Shown: positions 32,401-45,218 of the stretch, piece by piece
Numbering within the stretch: position 1 is the first letter of the stretch
Layout: each line of letters starts with the position of its first letter
DNA from: Macrostomum hystrix
Lineage: Eukaryota; Animalia; Platyhelminthes
Direction: 5' to 3'
DNA: 64,000 nt
Assembly: GCA_950097015.1 (NCBI GenBank)
Contig: CATNEN010000025.1
Coordinates: forward strand, 8,184,001-8,248,000
Made by a program: the position numbers and the translations under genes
The notes under the pieces: generated by a model
The model's database searches: none
What the model was told of the DNA's origin: nothing
The model's input: only the letters and a program-made list of their open reading frames with translations

Positions 32401-35219
32401 TGATGATTCAGTAAACACCTGAAACTACCAACTTGATGCTTCAGTAAACACCTGAAACTACCAACTTGATGATTCAGTAAACATCTGAAACTACCAACTT
32501 GATGCTTCAGTAAACACCTGAAACTACCAACTTGATGATTCAGTAAACACCTGAAACTACCAACTTGATGATTCAGTGAACACCTGAAACTACCAACTTG
32601 ATGATTCAGTGAACACCTGAAACTACCAACTTGATGCTTCAGTAAACACATGAAACTACCAATTTGATGCTTCAGTAAACACCTGAAACTACCAACTTGA
32701 TGATTCAGTAAACACCTGAAACTACCAACTTGATGATTCAGTAAACACCTGAAACTACCAACTTGATGCTTCAGTAAACACCTGAAACTACCAACTTGAT
32801 GATTCAGTAAACACCTGAAACTACCAACTTGATGATTCAGTAAACACCTGAAACTACCAACTTGATGATTCAGTAAACACCTGAAACTACCAACTTGATG
32901 ATTCAGTAAACACCTGAAACTACCAACTTGATGCTTCAGTAAACACCTGAAACTACCAACTTGATGATTCAGTAAACACCTGAAACTACCAACTTGATGA
33001 TTCAGTAAACACCTGAAACTACCAACTTGATGATTCAGTAAACATCTGAAACTACCAACTTGATGCTTCAGTAAACACCTGAAACTACCAACTTGATGAT
33101 TCAGTAAACACCTGAAACTACCAACTTGATGCTTCAGTAAACACCTGAAACTACCAACTTGATGATTCAGTAAACACCTGAAACTACCAACTTGATGATT
33201 CAGTAAACACCTGAAACTACCAACTTGATGATTCAGTAAACACCTGAAACTACCAACTTGATGATTCAGTAAACACCTGAAACTACCAACTTGATGCTTC
33301 AGTAAACACCTGAAACTACCAACTTGATGATTCAGTAAACACCTGAAACTACCAACTTGATGATTCAGTAAACACCCGAAACTACTAACTTGATGATTCA
33401 GTAAACACCTGAAACTACCAACTTGATGCTTCAGTAAACACCTTAAACTACCAACTTGATGATTCAGTAAACACCTGAAACTACCAACTTGATGATTCAG
33501 TAAACACCTGAAACTACCAACTTGATGATTCAGTAAACACCTGAAACTACCAACTTGATGATTCAGTAAACACCTGAAACTACCAACTTGATGATTAAGT
33601 AAACATCTGAAACTACCAACTTGATCCTTCAGTAAACACCTGAAACTACCAACTTGATGCTTCAGTAAACACCTGAAACTACCAACTTGATGATTCAGTA
33701 AACATCTGAAACTACCAACTTGATGCTTCAGTGAACTGCGAGCGTAGCAAAGTGTCTTGATGGCAACTCACCTGTGCAAAGATGTGGCGGTGCAATAAAC
33801 TTGTTGAGCATTTTCAGAATAGGTGTCGGTCTGTCAGGTTGGCTGAAACAAAAGTTTCATGTTTAATTGGCTGAGATTGATTAGATTTCTACTAGCAGTC
33901 ATATAAACGCTTATAACCGCTCTGTACTGCATAAACATTTCCTCAATGTTAGCTTCTATAAATGCATCTTACGGAGGTAATGAGACTTGCATTACTGAGG
34001 TAATGAGACTGAGCAAATACAGACTTCCTAGTGTGAAATATTTGCACAAACTTCTATTGTACCGAAAATCAAGCGGATTGACATAGAAAAGCAATGTTAC
34101 AGCAGAGAACTAACTTGCTGCTTCCTCATTCCAGAATTCTTATTCAATCCGTGAGCACAGTTAGCATTGCACTGAGACTCCAAAAATATTTTAAACGAAT
34201 GAACTCGTAAGATTTCTGCATTAGAAGCAAGAAAAATGAATGCGGAAAGTCAAAGTAAAATGTCTTCTTTATCAGCAACTCAAAAAAAATTTCTTTCGTG
34301 TCTATAAAACTGCATCCAACTGTTGCAGTTTTCCCCGCAATTGAAGCAGCAAAAACTGCGCAACAAACTCAATGCGACCACCAAGACTCGACAACTGGAT
34401 TGGGGTGACTAAACTGGCATAATCAGGAAACAAGTACGAATGTGAAAAAATTGTTTTCTGAAAATTGCAAACGGCTTCTAACAGAACCAAGGCAAAGCGT
34501 AGTTTCTTTAATGTCATCTACAGAAACTAACCTCCAAGCTAACCTCCAAGACACCCTGAAACCAACTGCAGAAGCTAACCTCCAAGACACCCTGAAACCA
34601 ACTGCAGAAGCTAACCTCCAAGACACCCTGAAACCAACTGCAGAAACTAACCTCCAAGACACCCTGAAACCAACTGCAGAAGCTAACCTTCAAGACACCC
34701 TGAAACCAACTGCAGAAGCTAACCTCCAAGACACCCTGAAACCAACTGCAGAAACTAACCTCCAAGACACCCTGAAACCAACTGCAGAAGCTAACCTCCA
34801 AGACACCCTGAAACCAACTGCAGAAGCTAACCTCCAAGACACCCTGAAACCAACTGCAGAAGCTAACCTCCAAGACACCCTGAAACCAACTGCAGAAGCT
34901 AACCTCCAAGACACCCTGAAACCAACTGCAGAAGCTAACCTCCAAGACACCCTGAAACCAACTGCAGAACCTAACCTCCAAGACACCCTGAAACCAACTG
35001 CAGAAACTAACCTCCAAGACACCCTGAAACCAACTGCAGAAGCTAACCTCCAAGACACCCTGAAACCAACTGCAAAAGCCTACCAAAATTAAAAAAGTGA
35101 ATAGCTGTTGCTACAATTTCGCACCTTCTGCACGACTCAGAGCAGCCAACGCGCCGACAAAGCACCAGTTGTGTGAGCAGAGCCAGGGCCCCCAATCGAC
35201 AATGAATCAATTGCCTCAT
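19886..35219 (-). CDS. Cys-loop ligand-gated chloride channel subunit, glycine-receptor-like, 9 coding exons, about 454 aa
   Basis: Exons (5'->3') 35125-35219, 33772-33842, 29971-30038, 26273-26586, 25102-25184, 24895-25029, 21859-22011, 20125-20399, 19886-20056; all GT-AG, 1365 nt in total and in frame. Signal peptide, loop [24 protein letters not shown], Cys-loop [15 protein letters not shown], second disulfide [12 protein letters not shown], anion PAR motif, [17 protein letters not shown]. Confidence 0.93.
20125..20399 (-). CDS. Cys-loop channel exon 8 (M2, M3, cytoplasmic loop)
   Basis: [10 protein letters not shown]...[27 protein letters not shown]; donor atg|gtgaga opens a 68-nt intron. 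Confidence 0.93.
20464..20805 (+). mobile_element. SINE family A, near full-length diverged copy in channel intron 7
   Basis: gacagagcggtct head, gaaggcttgg/ccttgagggccaacctcc/ctgcctgacga body, gcccgcagccc 3' end, (TAA/TAT)n tail. Confidence 0.85.
20835..21345. repeat. 51-nt minisatellite in channel intron 7
   Basis: About 10 copies of tatttttagaaacaatccagtccgtcccatcagtttgtacatcagcccatc. Confidence 0.95.
21859..22011 (-). CDS. Cys-loop channel exon 7 (153 nt, M1 to M2 start)
   Basis: [50 protein letters not shown]. Confidence 0.93.
22065..22800. repeat. 55-nt degenerate minisatellite in channel intron 6
   Basis: cactccagcggtttatatgtacag...ctatttttagaaac recurs at 55-nt spacing. Confidence 0.88.
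23300..23465. repeat. 17-nt minisatellite (atctccgaattttctga)
   Basis: About 9 copies. Confidence 0.9.
24045..24855. repeat. 19-nt minisatellite (cacctgtctaacaggtcct) in channel intron 6
   Basis: About 30 regular copies plus about 9 degenerate copies next to the exon 6 donor. Confidence 0.95.
24895..25029 (-). CDS. Cys-loop channel exon 6 (loops B/F/C)
   Basis: [44 protein letters not shown]; cag|gtgagg. Confidence 0.9.
25102..25184 (-). CDS. Cys-loop channel exon 5 (83 nt, Cys-loop)
   Basis: [27 protein letters not shown]; cttccag| and |gtgagt. Confidence 0.92.
25320..25740. repeat. Degenerate 17-nt repeat (aattcaaaggatttccc) in channel intron 4
   Basis: About 22 diverged copies. Confidence 0.85.
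26273..26586 (-). CDS. Cys-loop channel exon 4 (loops D, A, E; polyQ insert)
   Basis: [17 protein letters not shown]...[39 protein letters not shown]; donor ag|gtcagt. Confidence 0.92.
26598..26912. repeat. 21-nt minisatellite (gagtgagttgatgtatattta) abutting the exon 4 acceptor
   Basis: About 15 copies. Confidence 0.93.
28504..29921. repeat. 32-nt minisatellite (gtgtctcatatctcccccttatcagctctccc)
   Basis: About 44 copies in channel intron 3. Confidence 0.96.
29971..30038 (-). CDS. Cys-loop channel exon 3 (68 nt)
   Basis: [22 protein letters not shown]; tctgcag| and atg|gtaatt. Confidence 0.88.
31205..33735. repeat. 33-nt satellite (gatgattcagtaaacacctgaaactaccaactt) in channel intron 2
   Basis: About 76 highly homogeneous copies. 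Confidence 0.97.
33772..33842 (-). CDS. Cys-loop channel exon 2
   Basis: tttcag| [23 protein letters not shown] cag|gtgag; NKFIAPP aligns with the DxRIRP motif. Confidence 0.7.
34525..35080. repeat. 36-nt minisatellite (aacctccaagacaccctgaaaccaactgcagaagct) in channel intron 1
   Basis: About 15 copies. Confidence 0.95.
35125..35219 (-). CDS. Cys-loop channel exon 1 (signal peptide [31 protein letters not shown])
   Basis: ATG 35219-35217, donor ag|gtgcga; phase 2 matches the next exon. Confidence 0.7.
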
Positions 35220-35524
35220 TTTGAGATGCAGGCGGAAGATATTAATGTCTGCTTCTCGAAGATCAATGTACAGGATAAGCTAAACTATTACTGCCTTGCT
35301 AAATAAAAGCCAAATGCCTTTACACGCATGCTTCTCGCATTGTTAGACTAAACAGCGCTACGATTGGTTCCCTGTGAATATCCATTCACAGTTCATTTGG
35401 GGATTGGGGATTGACAACGATTAGAAAGGTGTCGTGAAATAAACGCCTAGGGATTATCACTTTCTTATTTAAAAGGATATTTTCGTGATACTTTCAAATC
35501 CATCAATGCGTTTGTGTTAATCTT

Positions 35525-36225
35525 TAACTCCCTCAGTGTGTTTGTAATTAATCTGGAAATCCCTCAGTGTGTTTGTAATTAATCTGGAAATCCCTCAGTG
35601 TGTTTGTAATTAATCTGGAAATCCCTCAGTCTGTTTATTACTAATCTGGAAATCCCTCAGTGTGTTTATTATTAATCTGGAAATCCCTCAGTGTGTTTAT
35701 TATTAATCTGGAAATCCCTCAGTGTGTTTATTATTAATCTGGAAATCCCTCAGTGTGTTTATTATTAATCTGGAAATCCCTCAGTGTGTTTATTATTGGT
35801 CTTCACATCCCTCAGAGTGTAGATTACTATCTTCGAATCCCACAGCGTGTCTGTTGTTAATCTTCGAATCCCACAGCGTGTCTGTTGTTAATCTTCGAAT
35901 CCCTCATGGTGTCTGTTGTTAATCTTCGAATCCCTCATGGTGTCTGTTGTTAATCTTCGAATCCCTCATGGTGTCTGTTGTTAATCTTCGAATCCCTCAT
36001 GGTGTCTGTTGTTAATCTTCGAATCCCACAGCGTGTCTGTTGTTAATCTTCGAATCCCTCATGGTGTCTGTTGTTAATCTTCGAATCCCTCATGGTGTCT
36101 GTTGTTAATCTTCGAATCCCTCATGGTGTCTGTTGTTAATCTTCGAATCCCTCATGGTGTCTGTTGTTAATCTTCGAATCCCTCATGGTGTCTGTTGTTA
36201 ATCTTTGAATCCCTCATGGTGTCTG
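35525..36225. repeat. 31-nt minisatellite with two sequential subtypes
   Basis: aatctggaaatccctcagtgtgttt... switches to aatcttcgaatccctcatggtgtctgtt near 35800. Confidence 0.93.
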
Positions 36226-36704
36226 TCAGGAATCTCATTTAACTGTACTTCGTCTAATTTTCACAGTGTGTACATCAGAAAGATAATTTTAGTGATCTAT
36301 TTACCAACTTTCTCTTATGACTCAAGTGAAGGAAATGTGCTTAAACCAATAACTTCGATTTATGAGCTTTGGAAAGTCTCATAAAAGAGAAACATAATAT
36401 AACCGTGATGGCAATGCCTGGGTCACATTTTTTATAACATCTTGTCACGAGAAGACTTGAACCAAGCACTTGATTAGTACTGAGTAAGTAGAGAGTTAAG
36501 TAAGTACGAAGTTGTGTTAGATGGACTTTTATTCTTCACTATCAGCGTTCATCGGTGTTCATCAATTACGAGTTTTTTATTTTCTATTTTAAGATGACTT
36601 TTTTTAAACTGCCGTCTTTTAGGACGAAATTTTAAAACAACACTACTCACAAGCAGTCATGATAGGACATGATTATATTTTTAATAACTCACTCGTCGCA
36701 TATA

Positions 36705-39700
36705 CGGAATAGATCCATCCTAACAAGATCTAGAATAGATCCATCCCAACAAGATCTAGAAGAGATCTATCCCAACAAGATCTAGAATAGCTCCATCCCA
36801 ACAAGGTCTAGAATAGATCTATCCCAACAAGATCTAGAAGAGATCTATCCCAACAAGATCTAGAAGAGATCTATCCCAACAAGATCTAGAATAGATCTAT
36901 CCCAACAAGATCTAGAAGAGATCTATCCGAAAAAGATCTAGAAGAGATGTAACCCATCAAGATCTAGATATGATCTATCCCAACAAGATCTAGATATGAT
37001 CTATCCCAACAAGATCTAGAATTGATCTATCCCAACAAGATATAGAAGAGATCTATCCCAACATGATCTAGAATTGATCTATCCCAACAAGATCTAGAAG
37101 AGATCTATGCCAACAAGATCTAGAAGAGATCCATCCCATCAAGATCTAGAATAGATCCATCCCATCAAGATCTAGAATAGATCCATCCCATCAAGATCTA
37201 GAAGAGATCTATCCCAACAAGATCTAGAAGAGATCTATCCCAACAAGATCTAGAAGAGATCTATCCCAACAAGATCTAGAAGAGATCTATCCCAACAAGA
37301 TCTAGAATAGATCTATCCCAACAAGATCTAGAAGAGATCTATCCGAAAAAGATCTAGAAGAGATGTAACCCATCAAGATCTAGATATGATCTATCCCAAC
37401 AAGATCTAGATATGATCTATCCCAACAAGATCTAGAATTGATCTATCCCAACAAGATCTAGAAGAGATCTATCCCAACAAGATCTAGAATAGATCTATCC
37501 CAACATGATCTAGAAGAGATCTATCCGAAAAAGATCTAGAAGAGATCTAACCCATCAAGATCTAGATATGATCTATCCCAACAAGATCTAAAAGAGATCT
37601 ATCCGAAAAAGATCTAGAAGAGATCTAACCCATGAAGTTCTAGATATGATCTATCCCATCAAGATCTAGATATGATCTATCCCAACAAGATCTAGAATAA
37701 ATCTATCCCAACAAGATCTAGAAGAGATCTATCCCAACAAGATCTAGAAGAGATCTATCCCAACAAGATCTAGAAGAGATCTATCCCAACAAGATCTAGA
37801 AGAGATCTATCCCAACATGATCTAGAATTGATCTATCCCAACAAGATCTAGAAGAGATCTATGCCAACAAGATCTAGAAGAGATGTAACCCAACAAGATC
37901 TAGAATATATCTATCCCAACAAGATCTAGAAGAGATCTATCCCAACAAGATCTAGAAGAGATCTATCCCAACAAGATCTAGAAGAGATCTATCCCAACAA
38001 GATCTAGAAGAGATCTATCCCAACAAGATCTAGAAGAGATCTATGCCAACAAGATCTAGAAGAGATCTATCCGAAAAAGATCTAGAAGAGATGTAACCCA
38101 TCAAGATCTAGATATGATCTATCCCAACAAGATCTAGATATGATCTATCCCAACAAGATCTAGAATTGATCTATCCCAACAAGATATAGAAGAGATCTAT
38201 CCCAACATGATCTAGAATTGATCTATCCCAACAAGATCTAGAAGAGATCTATGCCAACAAGATCTAGAAGAGATCCATCCCATCAAGATCTAGAATAGAT
38301 CCATCCCATCAAGATCTAGAATAGATCCATCCCATCAAGATCTAGAATAGATCTATGCCAACAAGATCTAGAATAGATCTATCTCAACAAGATCTAGAAT
38401 AGATCTATCCCAACAAGATCTAGAAGAGATCTATCCCATCAAGATCTAGAATAGATCTATGCCAACAAGATCTAGAAGAGATCTATCCCAACAAGATCTA
38501 GAAGAGATCTATCCCAACAAGATCTAGAAGAGATCTATCCCAACAAGATCTAGAATTGATCTATCCCAACAAGATCTAGAAGAGATCTATCCCAACATGA
38601 TCTAGAATTGATCTATCCCAACAAGATCTAGAAGAGATCTATCCCAACAAGATCTAGAAGAGATCTATCCGAAAAAGATCTAGAAGAGATGTAACCCATC
38701 AAGATCTAGATATGATCTATCCCAACAAGATCTAGAATAGATGTAACCCATCAAGATCTAGATATGATCTATCCCAACAAGATCTAGATATGATCTATCC
38801 CAACAAGATCTAGAATTGATCTATCCCAACAAGATATAGAAGAGATCTATCCCAACATGATCTAGAATTGATCTATCCCAACAAGATCTAGAAGAGATCT
38901 ATGCCAACAAGATCTAGAAGAGATGTAACCCAACAAGATCTAGAATATATCTATCCCATCAAGATCTAGAATAGATCCATCCCATCAAGATCTAGAAGAG
39001 ATCTATCCCAACAAGATCTAGAAGAGATCTATCCCAACAAGATCTAGAAGAGATCTATCCCAACAAGATCTAGAAGAGATCTATGCCAACAAGATCTAGA
39101 AGAGATCTATCCGAAAAAGATCTAGAAGAGATGTAACCCATCAAGATCTAGATATGATCTATCCCAACAAGATCTAGATATGATCTATCCCAACAAGATC
39201 TAGAATTGATCTATCCCAACAAGATATAGAAGAGATCTATCCCAACATGATCTAGAATTGATCTATCCCAACAAGATCTAGAAGAGATCTATGCCAACAA
39301 GATCTAGAAGAGATCCATCCCATCAAGATCTAGAATAGATCCATCCCATCAAGATCTAGAATAGATCCATCCCATCAAGATCTAGAATAGATCTATGCCA
39401 ACAAGATCTAGAATAGATCTATCTCAACAAGATCTAGAATAGATCTATCCCAACAAGATCTAGAAGAGATCTATCCCATCAAGATCTAGAATAGATCTAT
39501 GCCAACAAGATCTAGAAGAGATCTATCCCAACAAGATCTAGAAGAGATCTATCCCAACAAGATCTAGAAGAGATCTATCCCAACAAGATCTAGAATTGAT
39601 CTATCCCAACAAGATCTAGAAGAGATCTATCCCAACATGATCTAGAATTGATCTATCCCAACAAGATCTAGAAGAGATCTATCCCAACAAGATCTAGAAG

Positions 39701-42425
39701 AGATCTATCCGAAAAAGATCTAGAAGAGATGTAACCCATCAAGATCTAGATATGATCTATCCCAACAAGATCTAGAATAGATCTAACCCATCAAGATCTA
39801 GATATGATCTATCCCAAGAAGATCTAGAAGAGATCTATGGCAACAAGATCTAGAATAGATCTATCCCAACAAGATCTAGAAGAGATCTATCCCAACAAGA
39901 TCTAGAAGAGATCTATCCCAACAAGATCTAGAAGAGATCTATCCCAACAAGATCTAGAATAGATCTATCCCAACAAGATCTAGAAGAGATCTATCCGAAA
40001 AAGATCTAGATATGATCTATCCCAACAAGATCTAGAAGAGATCTATCCCAACAAGATCTAGAAGAGATCTATCCCAACAAGATCTAGAAGAGATCTATCC
40101 CAACAAGATCTAGAAGAGATCTCTCCCAACAAGATCTAGAATAGATCTATCCCAACAAGATCTAGAAGAGATCTATCCGAAAAAGATCTAGAAGAGATGT
40201 AACCCATCAAGATCTAGAAGAGATCTATCCCATCAAGATCTAGAATAGATCCATCCCATCAAGATCTAGAATAGATCTATGCCAACAAGATCTAGAATAG
40301 ATCTATCTCAACAAGATCTAGAATAGATCTATCCCAACAAGATCTAGAAGAGATCTATCCCATCAAGATCTAGAATAGATCTATGCCAACAAGATCTAGA
40401 AGAGATCTATCCCAACAAGATCTAGAAGAGATCTATCCCAACAAGATCTAGAAGAGATCTATCCCAACAAGATCTAGAAGAGATCTATCCCAACAAGATC
40501 TAGAAGAGATCTATCCCAACATGATCTAGAATTGATCTATCCCAACAAGATCTAGAAGAGATCTATCCCAACAAGATCTAGAAGAGATCTATCCGAAAAA
40601 GATCTAGAAGAGATGTAACCCATCAAGATCTAGATATGATCTATCCCAACAAGATCTAGAATAGATCTAACCCATCAAGATCTAGATATGATCTATCCCA
40701 AGAAGATCTAGAAGAGATCTATGGCAACAAGATCTAGAATAGATCTATCCCAACAAGATCTAGAAGAGATCTATCCCAACAAGATCTAGAATAGCTCCAT
40801 CCCAACAAGGTCTAGAATAGATCTATCCCAACAAGATCTAGAAGAGATCTATCCCAACAAGATCTAGAAGAGATCTATCCCAACAAGATCTAGAATAGAT
40901 CTATCCCAACAAGATCTAGAAGAGATCTATCCGAAAAAGATCTAGAAGAGATGTAACCCATCAAGATCTAGATATGATCTATCCCAACAAGATCTAGATA
41001 TGATCTATCCCAACAAGATCTAGAATTGATCTATCCCAACAAGATATAGAAGAGATCTATCCCAACATGATCTAGAATTGATCTATCCCAACAAGATCTA
41101 GAAGAGATCTATCCGAAAAAGATCTAGAAGAGATGTAACCCATCAAGATCTAGATATGATCTATCCCAACAAGATCTAGATATGATCTATCCCAACAAGA
41201 TCTAGAATTGATCTATCCCAACAAGATCTAGAAGAGATCTATCCCAACAAGATCTAGAATAGATCTATCCCAACAAGATCTAGAAGAGATCTATCCGAAA
41301 AAGATCTAGAAGAGATCTAACCCATCAAGATCTAGATATGATCTATCCCAACAAGATCTAGAAGAGATCTATCCGAAAAAGATCTAGAAGAGATCTAACC
41401 CATGAAGTTCTAGATATGATCTATCCCATCAAGATCTAGATATGATCTATCCCAACAAGATCTAGAATAAATCTATCCCAACAAGATCTAGAAGAGATCT
41501 ATCCCAACAAGATCTAGAAGAGATCTATCCCAACAAGATCTAGAATAGATCTATCCCAACAAGATCTAGAAGAGATCTATCCGAAAAAGATCTAGAAGAG
41601 ATGTAACCCATCAAGATCTAGATATGATCTATCCCAACAAGATCTAGATATGATCTATCCCAACAAGATCTAGAATTGATCTATCCCAACAAGATATAGA
41701 AGAGATCTATCCCAACATGATCTAGAATTGATCTATCCCAACAAGATCTAGAAGAGATCTATGCCAACAAGATCTAGAAGAGATCCATCCCATCAAGATC
41801 TAGAATAGATCCATCCCATCAAGATCTAGAATAGATCCATCCCATCAAGATCTAGAATAGATCTATGCCAACAAGATCTAGAATAGATCTATCTCAACAA
41901 GATCTAGAATAGATCTATCCCAACAAGATCTAGAAGAGATCTATCCCATCAAGATCTAGAATAGATCTATGCCAACAAGATCTAGAAGAGATCTATCCCA
42001 ACAAGATCTAGAAGAGATCTATCCCAACAAGATCTAGAAGAGATCTATCCCAACAAGATCTAGAATTGATCTATCCCAACAAGATCTAGAAGAGATCTAT
42101 CCCAACATGATCTAGAATTGATCTATCCCAACAAGATCTAGAAGAGATCTATCCCAACAAGATCTAGAAGAGATCTATCCGAAAAAGATCTAGAAGAGAT
42201 GTAACCCATCAAGATCTAGATATGATCTATCCCAACAAGATCTAGAATAGATCTAACCCATCAAGATCTAGATATGATCTATCCCAAGAAGATCTAGAAG
42301 AGATCTATGGCAACAAGATCTAGAATAGATCTATCCCAACAAGATCTAGAATAGATCCATCCCATCAAGATCTAGATATGATCTATCCCAACAAGATCTA
42401 GAATAGATCTATCCCAACAAGATCT
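36705..42425. repeat. 26-nt satellite (gatctagaagagatctatcccaacaa), 5.7 kb, with higher-order structure
   Basis: About 220 copies; variant blocks recur at 1040 and 2470 nt offsets. Confidence 0.97.
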
Positions 42426-44159
42426 ACGGCCAGAGAGACAAGAATCTGGAACTAAAGCAGCAAATTTCTCTCTGAAAACCTCAAGTTGCAGTCACATGTC
42501 ACATGCAAAGTCATCAGGCCGTGTCAACTTAAAAAATGTCAGAATCGAACAACAGCGACCTGAACATGACATAAATTTATTTTTTGTCAATTTTCAGAAG
42601 AAAAAAAGCATCGCTTCTCAGACCGCTGAGCACAACGCTGAGCAGATAAAACCCGAGTGGAATTGTCCACAAAATCGAAAACGCACTTGACATGGCAATT
42701 CAGAATTTGACACGGGGCAAAGAATGGGAGACGAGGATGAGAATCTGACAAGTGAGAGGCGAGGCTGAGGAAGCTGCCTGCTCTGGGGGATTTATTATCC
42801 TCCCAGCAATATTTCCCTGTCTCTCAATTCAACACTGTCTGTGTTATTTATTCAAGACAGTTTAACGTGAGAATTGGGAAAGGAAAATGATTGGGCCTCT
42901 AGGGAAAACACGTGCTTACCATGAGTGTTTGAATTGTGTACAACTCTTTGTCATTGACTGACAATGCGAAATGGAATCCGACTCAATCACCAGTTGGTTG
43001 AAGACTCTTTAATGTGACGTCGGGAGTTCGATTCGCAAACCGAACAATATAGTTTTTGTTTTGTGTGTTTTGAAAAATGGGTACCAGCATCAGCTCTGGC
43101 AAGAAATTAGGTGTACATCTTTCTTGGCTGTACACCTGGTCCAAGTTCTTCTACACTATTTAGCTCCAGTATTTTAGTCTAGAAAATGCAATGAATATGA
43201 AAAATGGGGTTCACTGAGCATAATATGAATCCCACTGGTGTGTGTGTGTGTGTGTGTGTGTTCGTTCTCAGGGAAACACACCAGACACGTGCCATCGCTA
43301 TAAAACACCGAATTTTTTTACATCTAAAACAAGTTTTACATACGCCCAGGGCTCCCAAATTTCACATTTCTTTGTATTTTTCAGCTGCATTCCCTTCTCC
43401 CAACTCTGTAGGATTCTCGCTATCTAGTTTCACTGGCTTATCGTCTGTCCCACAATCTCTCTATCTCTCAATATATCTCTCTCAAAATTTAACTAATGTC
43501 GCTCTATCTCCCATGTTGGTCTATCTATCTCTCTATCCCTTTATCTGTCCATCTATCTCTATTTATATATGAATATTTATTTATACCTCTCCTCCAGCTG
43601 TCTCACCTTTATTACCCTCTCTATCAACGACATATTTTAAGTACATTTATTCATTTTGTCAAATGATTTGTTAATTATATAAATTTCTATTTAATTATTT
43701 TTGCCTGTGTGTTTATGACCAAAACTAGCTCATTATCTCCTTCTTTCAACATTCTCCCATGGCCCGGGAGCGAATCCAAAAATCTTCTACAAAAAAATCC
43801 TTCAATCCAGAATGCTTTATCTTCTGCAACAATGCCCCGGTTCAGCGCTCAGTCACGCTATTCTGACGAACAAAATCACAATTGAGCAGCCTCAAGGTCG
43901 GCTAGAAATTGTCATTGAAAAATTGCAAACATATTTTCTATTCTATTTCCTATTGAAAATAGGCCAACCTCAAAAATGTTTTGCTGAAAAGCATGAACAC
44001 ACGCAATCGCTTTCACTTCAGCCTGGCTGCTGTTGCAGTATGAACTGACTGGGTTCAAAACTTGTCCTGTCATTCTGGAGACTTTCTGTTGGACATTCAA
44101 AATCACTTCCTGGAAAATTTATAAAGCATTCTTGCCTAGAAGTCTCAAGTCTAGGTGTC

Positions 44160-45218
44160 TCTGAATGTCTAGTCTGTCTGATCTAGTCTCTCTGTCTGAT
44201 CTAGTCTCTCTGTCTAATCTAGTCTCTCTGTCTAATCTAGTCTCTCTATCTAATCTAGTCTCATTGTCTAATCTAGTCTCTGTCTAATCTAGTCTCTCTG
44301 TCTAATCTAGTCTCTCTGTCTAATCTAGTCTCATTGTCTAATATAGTCTCTCTGTCTAATCTAGTCTCATTGTCTAATCTAGTCTCTGTCTAATCTAATC
44401 TCTCTGTCTAATCTAGTCTCTCTGTCTAATCTAATCTCTCTGTCTAATCTAATCTCTCTGTCTAATCTAATCTCTCTGTCTAATCTAATCTCTCTGTCTA
44501 ATCTAGTCTCTCTGTCTAATCTAGTCTCTGTCTAATCTAGTCTCTCTGTCTAATCTAGTCTCTGTCTAATCTAGTCTCTCTGTCTAATCTAATCTCTCTG
44601 TCTAATCTAGTCTCTCTGTCTAATCTAGTCTCTGTCTAATCTAATCTCTCGGTCCAATCTAGTCTCTCTGTCTAATCTAGTCTCTCTGTCTAATCTAGTC
44701 TCTCTGTCTAATCTAGTCTCTGTCTAATCTTATCTCTCTGTCTAATCTAATCTCTCTGTCTAATCTAGTCTCTCTGTCTAATCTAATCTCTCTGTCTAAT
44801 CTAGCCTCTCGGTCCAATCTAGTCTCTCTGTCTAATCTAGTCTCTCTGTCTAATCTAGTCTCTGTCTAATCTTATCTCTCTGTCTAATCTAATCTCTCTG
44901 TCTAATCTAGTCTCTCTGTCTAATCTAATCTCTCTGTCTAATCTAGCCTCTCGGTCCAATCTAGTCTCTCTGTCTAATCTAGTCTCTCTGTCTAATCTAG
45001 TCTCTGTCTAATCTAATCTCTCCGTCTAATCTAGTCTCTCTGTCTAATCTAGTCTCTCTGTCTAATCTAATCTCTCTGTCTAATCTAGTCTCTCTGTCTA
45101 ATCTAATCTCTCTGTCTAATCTAGTCTCTCTGTCTAATCTAATCTCTCTGTCTAATCTAGCCTCTCGGTCCAATCTAGTCTCTCTGTCTAATCTAGTCTC
45201 TCTGTCTAATCTAGTCCC
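44160..45218. repeat. 18/16-nt minisatellite (ctgtctaatctagtctct)
   Basis: About 60 copies. Confidence 0.95.

Noticed and set aside
31197-32651. 484-aa ORF ([11 protein letters not shown])n
   Set aside because: Translation of a 33-nt intronic satellite whose period is divisible by 3; it lies inside intron 2 of the channel gene.
34302-34440. Alternative signal-peptide exon for the channel ([16 protein letters not shown] frame)
   Set aside because: No convincing donor in the required phase and no in-frame start; 35125-35219 has ATG, a hydrophobic core and a phase-matched donor.
34442-35092. 216-aa repeat ORF ([12 protein letters not shown])n resembling a repetitive protein
   Set aside because: 36-nt minisatellite open in several frames on both strands, within channel intron 1, with a GTG start and no splice context.
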